NCBI GenBank assembly: GCA_002269645.1
Contig: NIVC01000660.1
Span: 124,001-188,000 of the forward strand
Origin: Macrostomum lignano
Lineage: Eukaryota
Direction: 5' to 3'
Length of the DNA stretch: 64,000 bases
The notes beneath the pieces were generated by a model. The model was given only the letters and a program-made list of their open reading frames with translations, did no database searches and had not been told where the DNA came from. Positions within the stretch are counted from its first letter, which is position 1; every line of letters begins with the position of its first letter. Below are positions 13,800 to 24,100 of the stretch, in pieces. The position numbers and the translations under genes were made by a program.

Positions 13800-15026
13800 T
13801 TAAAAATGTGGCATCTCAGGCGGAGAAGGATTATCGGTAATAACAACGGGCAAAGTTGTCTGCTCAGCCAATACTGGGCGCAAATTATCTCTGACAGGCT
13901 GTCTCTGGGTAGACGAATCCATGGTATCCATAGTACGCCTGTGTACTTGGTCGGAGCTTGGATTTCTAAAAACCCGACCGGAAGGAGCCCTGATGGATGA
14001 TCTGGCGCCGGCTTCGCCATCCGATCTGGAACCCAGATCTTCGTGTAGAGAGCCGCAATCAAAAGACGAGTTACCGGAGCTTCCATTGGCTAAATTGTTA
14101 GAGAATGCTTCACTGCAATGGACTGACACGTTGCTAACAGCAGCACTGGCTCCGTTTGGGCTGGAGCTATTGCTTCTGACTGGTGTAGCGACAGCAGCTT
14201 CCACGACGCTTGAATGTGAAGATGACCCGTGAACTTCACCGGAATCTTCTGGGCTTTCTCGAATTGACGAAGCTCGTTCTAATGGTGGCGTAGGCTCCTG
14301 GTGAACGTCAGCATTGATGGACAAGGTTTGGTGTCCGCTGACAGACGTGGGAACCGATACAAAAGGCTCAACAACTGAAGCTTCGTCATTCATGGACTCG
14401 GAGTCTGAATTACGTACGAGCTCCAAGTCATTATTGGTCGGGACGTTCAAAACCGTAGTTTGATCATTTTCAGCTTGTGACTTTTCTTCTTCGTTGAATT
14501 TCGTATCAGTAAACGGATTAAGAGGAATGCCAGCTTCGTTATCGCTTGTCCTACGTTTCTTCTTAGACTTGAATCTCTTACACAAGGGACAAACAATTAT
14601 GACTACAATAACAATAACAATTCCACAGATCACAGGTATCTGCCACGAAAGACTGCTGTTATTCAATGTAGATGTAACTGTTGTCTGAGATGCAACTGTT
14701 GTCTGAGATGTAACAGTTGGCTGAGGTGTAGATACTGACTGTGACTGCATTTGAACTAATGGAGACCTACGAAAAAATTCTGTGCACCGCATTGAATCAT
14801 TGATTTTCTTGCACTTCGAGTAATCAACTGGTTTTATAGGGTCGCTGCAACGACTCTCGATGGTTGAGCATGGCTCGCAAGTGCAGCCAAGCCCTATGTA
14901 TTGAATAGTAGAGTTGCATACAATTTTGCAGCTTGGATCGATTGCATAGCCAATAACGCTCTTTGTAAAGATTGTTATTATAAAGCAGAGGTAGAAGAAA
15001 ACCCGGATTATTAATTGTAACTTCAT
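13800..15026 (-). CDS. Intronless type I membrane protein (408 aa): signal peptide, 8-Cys ectodomain, Thr/Ser stalk, TM, long Ser-rich cytoplasmic tail; TNFR-like candidate
   Basis: Uninterrupted ATG-to-TAA ORF in non-repetitive sequence. It has a hydrophobic N-terminus, Cys cluster CKIVC...CTCEPC...C...C...C, TM IPVICGIVIVIVVIIVC and a basic stop-transfer segment KRFKSKKKRR. The family is not established. Confidence 0.78.
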   Translation of the reverse strand: MKLQLIIRVFFYLCFIITIFTKSVIGYAIDPSCKIVCNSTIQYIGLGCTCEPCSTIESRCSDPIKPVDYSKCKKINDSMRCTEFFRRSPLVQMQSQSVSTPQPTVTSQTTVASQTTVTSTLNNSSLSWQIPVICGIVIVIVVIIVCPLCKRFKSKKKRRTSDNEAGIPLNPFTDTKFNEEEKSQAENDQTTVLNVPTNNDLELVRNSDSESMNDEASVVEPFVSVPTSVSGHQTLSINADVHQEPTPPLERASSIRESPEDSGEVHGSSSHSSVVEAAVATPVRSNSSSPNGASAAVSNVSVHCSEAFSNNLANGSSGNSSFDCGSLHEDLGSRSDGEAGARSSIRAPSGRVFRNPSSDQVHRRTMDTMDSSTQRQPVRDNLRPVLAEQTTLPVVITDNPSPPEMPHF

Positions 15027-15525
15027 TAGAAAATTCCTTATCAGAAATATAGGAATTAGATGTGTGCTTAATATTTTATCTAAGCAGAAAGTTGATATAG
15101 ATGTACATAACAGAGTCTACAGAGGCACTAGCAAAATAATTTAACCTAGAAACTGGACTTTGTTATATCTATATGCATCTATAGAACTTCTATAGTATTG
15201 AAATGTTAATTTTTTATTATAAGATCAATCACAATTATGCCAAGAAAAATATTCCTTGCTTTGGAATTTTATAAATAGACATTTTTAATATTTGGTAATT
15301 ATTGAATCAGTTTAGTGAATAAAGAACAATACAAAATGCAATGGCTTTATACTCCTAGCCATAAGGTTAAATGGCTATAGTTCTAAATAACTATAGGCAA
15401 ATAATATAGCTTAAAAGATAGGGTCATAGTTGATATTACAGAGAAATTAGATTATACTAAATAAATACTTAAAAGTAACAAAATTTAATAGCTTGTATAA
15501 ATGTTTGATTAAAAAAATACAAACC

Positions 15526-15727
15526 CAGGGACTACTCAAACACTGGGATGGGAAACTAGGGATTTTTTATGAGGCTAGTCTTTTAGCAGCAGTAGAAAAA
15601 TAACCATAGTCAACAAAGTAACATAGCTTTGCTCTAATGAAAATAAGCCAGCCAGCCTTGTCAGCTACTAAAAGACTAGCCTTGTAAAAATTCCTAGTTT
15701 CCTATCCCAGTGTTTGAGTAGTCCCTG
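15526..15727. mobile_element. hAT-family MITE (202 bp)
   Basis: TIR CAGGGACTACTCAAACACTGGGAT at both ends and an exact 8-bp TSD TACAAACC (15518-15525, 15728-15735). Confidence 0.93.
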
Positions 15728-17894
15728 TACAAACCCTTAATAATACATTAAGTTATTTATTAAGATAGGATATATAGCCAAACATCCTTATATAGGCTCA
15801 GCCTCTAAAAATCATTCACATTAATCATTACATATGAATTAATGACAATAAATGCATAAAATTGCACTATAAGTATAAAAACCTATATGAGATTTCAAGA
15901 ATGTCTTTTTTATATTTCTAATACATAGTATATACCAATGGTATGACAAAATAAATAGAAATATAACATTTTATACCTACTAAAAGAATATTGGCCTTAT
16001 AAGATTACTTACTATTTATTGTAATTTTAACAAAAATCAAATTGATTTTATATATATCTTTCTAAGTTCTTTTAGGAATATAAATAAATATCACAATTGC
16101 TAGCTAACCTAGAAAAATACAAAAATCTTTCTTGAAATCTTGAAAAAAAAGAAAAATCTTGAAAAAAAGCATACTTATTGATAAATCTATGTCTTTAAAA
16201 CAAATCTAATTTTGCATAGAAAGACTGATTTGAATAGGCTCTTTCTAGGGCCTAATAAAACTAGAAAACTAGAAGTATTGCCATTAACTAGGCTTATTTA
16301 GCTTTTTTTCAATAATTATCAATATTTTGTAGGTCCATAATAGAGCAACATTGAACATCAAAGCATATTATTACAAGTACATAGTAGAAGCCTGGGCGAA
16401 GAATATAGCCTTTTTTACACATTAGTCATGGGCCTTAAATGTAGTAAAATGGGCTAGGCATAAACGAATTTATTGTAGATTAAATAGGAGGCACTTTCAT
16501 TTTGAATGCTATGCCATTGTTAGATATTGGATTTTTGTCATCCAAAAAGCAGGACAAAAAAGTGAAATATTTTATGAAAAAATGCTTCGGCCAAGACATG
16601 ATAATAAACATGATTATTCATTGAGAGTGCAAAAGATCTTGACTAAAAAATTAAAAGCTCTAGTCAAAGTCAAGTGACAAATCAAAGACAGTCAGTAACA
16701 GAAAATAAAAGCTATAAAAGTAAAGTTTAAGATATTAATTGGCAGCTTTATAAATTAAATCACTCAAAATCGATAAAAAAAACACAGATGAAAAAACTAC
16801 TTGGTTCTTGGCTTCCAACATGGAACTAAAAAGTCAGCTTCAGCCTTAAGTACGAATCCTCTCGGTACAAGGTTGTACCGAGTACGGCACGAAAATTGAA
16901 ATTTACTAACATTGCGGGCCATTTCTGTTAGCAAATGAGAAGTAAAAACTTCATATTATTTTAAAATTAAAAATAATTATCTACAGGTCTAAATTTACTG
17001 TAACAAATTTACGCTCGTACTTCCGTCGAATATAAATGATTTTTGTTTAAGGTATTCATTGTTGCAGACACCGTTAGCCTTCACTTGTTCTTTTCATTGC
17101 CGATAGCATAACGAGAACATTGAACGACTGAAATACCTTTTTATGTGTAATATTAAACGCCGTTTGATTCCAGTTCTTTGTTGAGAATCTTTATTTTCAA
17201 TTCATGGACCTTTTACTAGATTCATTATTTACTATTATCGTCTCCGGCCACTGCTTCCATTTGTATGTTTACGATAGATTTCTTCAGAGAAGCAGGTTTA
17301 AATGCTTGCTTTTCTAGCGCTCCAGAGAAAAGTAAACTTGCTCTTTGCGGGAAACTTTGTGCTACTCCTGTCTTATTTAATCGCATAGAAAAAATAGCCG
17401 TCGTCGCATGCATGTAAACTTTCATCGGTTCGTACATAAGTACATGCATGTACATGTATAGAATCGAATCGCAATTTTTACGTTTAACCAAATATGCAAG
17501 TAAAATCCTGTGAAAATAGTGCACTCTGACGTGATCTTGGATGATTGGATCTCGAGATGCATTGCCTAATAAAATTTGCACGATCGCAGATCGTGCTGGC
17601 AATGCTTAATGAGAAGTCTGAGATCGAGAATCAGTTCGGAACTTTCATTTTGCTTTTTCCATTTTTGTAATCGGTTACAGTTAGAACTTACTTATGGTTC
17701 CGCGGAGTCCCTTAAATCTTTTCAAAATTGCCTCTGATCTGTTGTATTTGTAATTACACTGTAACACGGGTCCGTAAATACTCCGGGCCGCGGACAAGCG
17801 GCCATCGAAGCCTCTAATCGGCTCCCGGGTCCTTTGAAACTTTGAAATTTAGTAATCTGGCCTGCTCAAGGTTTGTCTCTTCTCAGCTTTCTCT

Positions 17895-17920
17895 TTTTTG
17901 TCTCTCTCTCTCTTCTTTCC

Positions 17921-17983
<63 letters not shown>

Positions 17984-17995
17984 TTCCCTCTCTTC
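17895..17995. repeat. (CT)n microsatellite
   Basis: Direct observation. Confidence 0.95.
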
Positions 17996-18039
17996 GATCT
18001 TCTCTCACATCAATTCTTTTTTCCCGATCTACTTTTGTA

Positions 18040-18159
18040 GTGCGATGCACAATAATGGCGAGCGCAAATATCTCGCTTGCCTTATTCAAACACTGCCTTC
18101 CGATGCAAATTAAATCATTGTTGACGCTGGCCCGGCGGGGCTGCTGGCCTAGCTGGGTG
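18040..18159 (+). mobile_element. Gypsy LTR-retrotransposon pol remnant, left piece (start of RNase H: IIVDAGPAGL)
   Basis: The translation IIVDAGPAG-L joins GALLSQ at 27061+ to rebuild the DASxxGLGAVLxQ RNase H motif. Confidence 0.75.
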
Positions 18160-21100
18160 ACTACTAAGCAACGGCAGATGGCTTGATTTTGGAGGTGAGG
18201 TGGGTGTCAACCCTCCTCGCCTCTCATTGGCTGGCGCCCCGATCACTAGGTGATCGATACCCGTATCGATATCGGCGACTCGAACCCGCGACCCTCCCCA
18301 GCCGCAGGCGCACCTACCGATATTAGATCCCAATAAATCAATCAGATCCCAAATCAATCAGATCCCAAATCAATCAGATCCCAAGCGCACCCTCCCGAGC
18401 CGCAGGCGCACCCTCCCGAGCCGTAGGCGCCCATGCCGCAGACGCCCATGCCGCAGGCACCCCGAGTGTACACTCTACCGAGCCGCAGGCACCCCGAGTG
18501 TACACTCTCCCGAGCCGCAGGCACCCCGAGTGTACACTCTCCCCAGTACGGGTGTACACTCTCCCCAGTACACTCTCCCGATATGTAGTCAACGATACGT
18601 ACCCCGCAGGCACCCTATACCTCACGCCCTGCCCCCACCTAGCCTCTTCCCCTCTCTCACCCACATCTCAACTAGCGAAATCGAACCCAGGTCGCGCCCA
18701 TACTAGGCCACTACACGGTTTGGGGGTATAGGGAGCAAGAAGTTTCTACCCTAACGCTGACGCAGCCCTGTACAGAGAGGCATGTACGGGCAGAGAGGGG
18801 TGGGTGGACAGAGAGACGGCCACTAGGTTATTATACTGTTGAAGCATAGGGAGCGAGAAGTTTTAACCCCGATGCTGACGCAGCCCTGTACAGTGAGCGT
18901 GTACGGGCAGAGGGTGGGTGGAAAGAGATGTGAATAACACAGCCTGCTGCAGGAGCCGGATAGAGAGGCGCATGCTAGGACAGAGAGACAGTGTGAGTCA
19001 CACAAACCCCCACAGAGAGAGCCGTACAGAGGATAGAGAGCTCCCTCCCCAGTTGCAGGGGACAGAGAGGCAGGCAGGGTATGCAGGGGCACGCGAACAG
19101 TCAAGGGGCCACGCGAGGATAGAGTGGAGGAGCAGAGATGTGTATGGACAGAGAGCCGGCCACGCGTGCGTAGTGTGAGGGAACAGAAACATATGGAGCA
19201 GGAGGGAGATAGGAAGCAAACGCGCAGGGTAAAGGAGCCACACAGGGCGGTACAGTGAGACACGGGCAGGGGTGGAGCCGTGCGTGGACAGAGCTGAACG
19301 GCACGGTCGGCTGCAGGAATAGGATGATAGAGAGGCGCGGAGAGGAGGGGACAGAGAGCAGTGTGCAGGGGTAGGCAGCCACGCTGGCAGGGGAACAGAG
19401 GCGCGTGTAGCCAGTTGCAGCCCGGGACAGAGAAGTGTGAAGGGGGCCTGGGACAGAGTTCCGAGCAAGGCACAGAGAGAGGTAGGGTCCGGTAGCTATG
19501 TATAGACAGGGACCCACGCGAGGGCAGGACAGGGGAGTAGACATGCAAGTTGCATGCAAGGCCAGAGAGGTGTGCGCGGAGGGAGACAGAGAGCAGTGTG
19601 TAGGGGTAGGTAACAGCAAACTTTAGTAGAGGTGCGTGCGGGGACGGAGAAACCAGTCTGAGCGTACAGAGCACATGTGTAGGGACAGAGACGTGAGGGA
19701 GAATCGACCAAAACACGCTATGTATTTTCAAAAGTTGGTTTTAGTGCAACATATTTAATAGTGGGTAGTATAATAGTATGTACATAGTAGGTATAATAGT
19801 AGTAATAATGGTAAGTATATTAGCCCAAAAGGTAGGCTAAAACAGGCTAAACTGTGTGTACGCATCCTCATCACCCCACAAGCCCCCTCTCCCGCCAGAC
19901 TCACTCTTCCATACCCTCCTGTATTGCTGTATGAAGGAAAATATAGTGTAAAAATACAGATCTTAACCGTCAGACCGCTGAAATCAGGGCACACTAGAGG
20001 GGTTTCGGGGTCTGCATGCTCTATGTAAGCTGTTTCAATTATGTTTTGAAAAAACTAGGGGCTTAAATACAACGTTTTATTCAAAAAGTAGGTTATTTTA
20101 ATGAAATAGCTGACACAATCATTGTCGAGAGTAGAAATTTTTATAAGAAACCAGGCATTTTAGCAAAAATAAACCTTCAAACCACATAAAATTGAATAAA
20201 AAGCAGACATTTTCAATTATAAACCGCAAGTATTTTAATAGAAAAGTAAGCAAACAAGGCACAAAACCAGCAAATTTTACCTTTTTATTTTAATGTTACT
20301 GATAAGGTAGAGAGTAGAAACTTGTGAGCTGTACGGAGTTAGAAAGTATTAACCATTATGTATCGTATGAATTATTAGTTCAGTACCAGCCATTGGTCAA
20401 GCGAGCATTTATGAAGTTATTACGAGTGATGAAGGGATAGAGAGCTATATACAGGAAGACAGTATCCTTCTAAACCACCACGAACAGATTGCTAATAGAG
20501 ATAAGCTTTGTCTGTGTGCAGTATGAGTAAGCGAAGGCGGGGCAAATACTTTTCCACATACCGGACAGAACAGTATTGTGCTAGGATTTCTCTCGAAATC
20601 ACGGTACGTTACTAGTTTTTATCACACCATCCAGATGCGTCAACTAGTCAGCAGTAGTCATTTATATGTTATTAGAACTTACAAACCCAGGTCAAGTAAA
20701 TATTACAAAGAGTATATTACGTACACACGCCAACTCCGAATACCAAGCCATACTAGTCTACTTGCAGTGCTCCTGGAGGGAAGGGACGGCGGGGTGTACA
20801 CCCGGCAGGGTGGGCGTCCAGCGAGTGTACATCTGACAGGATGGGTGTTCAGCAAGTGTACATCTGACAGGGTGGGCGTTCAGCAAGTGTACCTTCAGCG
20901 TCGAGTAGGTGTACACCCGTCAGTGGGGAACTCCACCCCTCCCACCAATGTCGTGTGCATGCGGTTAGTCAGTATAGTGGTGGGGTAGACGGTGCAGGAA
21001 GGAAACCCAGATGCTGACGCTGCCCTGTACAGCGAGCAACCAGCCCCCCTGTAGCAGGAGGGGGACAGAGAGTGCGTGGAGGCAGTAGGAGATAGAGGAC

Positions 21101-24100
21101 GCTACCCGGCATGTCGCAGCACGCGGCGCGGGACAGAGGCAGTGTGTAAGTCACCCCCGCGGAGAGAGCTCCCCTGGCAGGAGGCGCGGGACAGAGAGGC
21201 GGTGAATCACACCCCACGGAGAGAGCCGTACAACGAGCTTCCCCACCCGAGTCCGGTAAATATTACAGAGTATTACGTGCACACACCAGCCCTGAATACC
21301 AAGCCATACTAGTCTATCTGCAGTGCTCCCAGAGGGAAGGGATGGTCAGGAGTTACACACCAAGAATGCATTCATACAAAGAGTACACAACTCGAGCCCA
21401 GACACCAAGTCACAGTCTACTTACAGTAGAGATGGTAGATTAATAGCAAGATTATATTACAATTAGACCTCTCTAGCACATGAGGAGTGAAATTCAATAA
21501 TAATTGAATTCAATAATAATACAACATTTAGACGTAGTAATTTAATTACAAAATACCACTAACACTGAGCCAACGAATTGTAGGTTACAAAGGAGTTGCC
21601 ACTCATATGGAAAGCCAGTATAATGCAGGTGTGTATTATTAAAACATAGACAAAAACGATGCAGACGTATATACACACTATTGATTTTGTACATGTACAT
21701 TTCGGCATATTACCACACATCGCGGGCACATATTATATATCGGGGGATAGGTTAAAATACACACATCGTAGATGTAGAAGCAGACACAATGCAGGAAAAT
21801 TATGATACGAGTGTACATATTAGTGCGTAAAAGTATCATATTATGACACCCTGTAGCACATATTGACATAATGCAGGGGAAAATATTGACAGAAATAGTA
21901 CACAATTGTAGAGGTAACAACCAGCCAACTAGTAAGGGCATCCAGCACTTGTTCAGGTTTTTTTTATTTCGAGACGAGTGTCATGCCCCCGCAAGAGATC
22001 TTATCAGAAATTTGTTGAACTCCACTGCAACTCTCCCAGAGCCTCCAAATGGGAGTTTTAACACTTGAGGGGATCCCGCTCAATGTACAGTGCGGACGGA
22101 GAGGGGTAACAGAAAGCGCTGCATCAGACCGCGGAGCTGCATTCCTCCCCCGAGGTAGGCGCGTCAGCTCCCACTCCTCATTTAACCATCAAGTAAACTA
22201 AAGAAGTCAAGCAGAAAGCCTTACAATCACCCGCAACCAGCACAAGTAAGAGTACTTTCCACTAGAGAGCCATAGTGCAAGATTCGCGAGCCAAGTTGAA
22301 GAAGCACACCAAATTACACTAAAGACATATGTATTAAAAAGCATACCGGCACCTCTACAAAAACACAGTATGTACCGATTAAAGTTGCTTTTGGTGCAGT
22401 GTATTTAATAAAAAGCAGGTACCTAACACAAAAGTAGGCATCAATGCAGTGCACGGGCTAAACTGTATTTACAAACGCAGGGCAACGAACTACACACAAT
22501 GTAGCGCATAGACATAATTGTACACATAAATGTACGCAATCTCCGGTATATAGGACCAAATGTACGCAAATGTACACAATGCACACAAACACACACACAC
22601 TCAGGCGCATCCTGCAGCGCATCCTGCAGCACCGATCGCCGCAGGCGATGGCGCCATCGGCAGGAAGCTCTTGCTGTGAATACGCCTGAGTGTGTGTGTG
22701 TTTGTGTACATTGTGTACATTTGCGTACATTTGGTCCTATATACCGGAAATTGCGTACATTTATGTGTACAATTATGTCTATGCGCTACATTGTGTGTAG
22801 TTCGTTGCCCTGCGTTTGTAAATACAGTTTAGCCCGTGCACTGCATTGATGCCTACTTTTGTGTTAGGTACCTGCTTTTTATTAAATACACTGCACCAAA
22901 AGCAACTTTAATCGGTACATACTGTGTTTTTGTAGAGGTGCCGGTATGCTTTTTAATACATATGTCTTTAGTGTAATTTGGTGTGCTTCTTCAACTTGGC
23001 TCGCGAATCTTGCACTATGGCTCTCTAGTGGAAAGTACTCTTACTTGTGCTGGTTGCGGGTGATTGTAAGGCTTTCTGCTTGACTTCTTTAGTTTACTTG
23101 ATGGTTAAATGAGGAGTGGGAGCTGACGCGCCTACCTCGGGGGAGGAATGCAGCTCCGCGGTCTGATGCAGCGCTTTCTGTTACCCCTCTCCGTCCGCAC
23201 TGTACATTGAGCGGGATCCCCTCAAGTGTTAAAACTCCCATTTGGAGGCTCTGGGGAGAGTTGCAGTGGAGTTCAACAAATTTCTGATAAGATCTCTTGC
23301 GGGGGCATGACACTCGTCTCGAAATAAAAAAAAACCTGAACAAGTGCTGGATGCCCTTACTAGTTGGCTGGTTGTTACCTCTACAATTGTGTACTATTTC
23401 TGTCAATATTTTCCCCTGCATTATGTCAATATGTGCTACAGGGTGTCATAATATGATACTTTTACGCACTAATATGTACACTCGTATCATAATTTTCCTG
23501 CATTGTGTCTGCTTCTACATCTACGATGTGTGTATTTTAACCTATCCCCCGATATATAATATGTGCCCGCGATGTGTGGTAATATGCCGAAATGTACATG
23601 TACAAAATCAATAGTGTGTATATACGTCTGCATCGTTTTTGTCTATGTTTTAATAATACACACCTGCATTATACTGGCTTTCCATATGAGTGGCAACTCC
23701 TTTGTAACCTACAATTCGTTGGCTCAGTGTTAGTGGTATTTTGTAATTAAATTACTACGTCTAAATGTTGTATTATTATTGAATTCAATTATTATTGAAT
23801 TTCACTCCTCATGTGCTAGAGAGGTCTAATTGTAATATAATCTTGCTATTAATCTACCATCTCTACTGTAAGTAGACTGTGACTTGGTGTCTGGGCTCGA
23901 GTTGTGTACTCTTTGTATGAATGCATTCTTGGTGTGTAACTCCTGACCATCCCTTCCCTCTGGGAGCACTGCAGATAGACTAGTATGGCTTGGTATTCAG
24001 GGCTGGTGTGTGCACGTAATACTCTGTAATATTTACCGGACTCGGGTGGGGAAGCTCGTTGTACGGCTCTCTCCGTGGGGTGTGATTCACCGCCTCTCTG

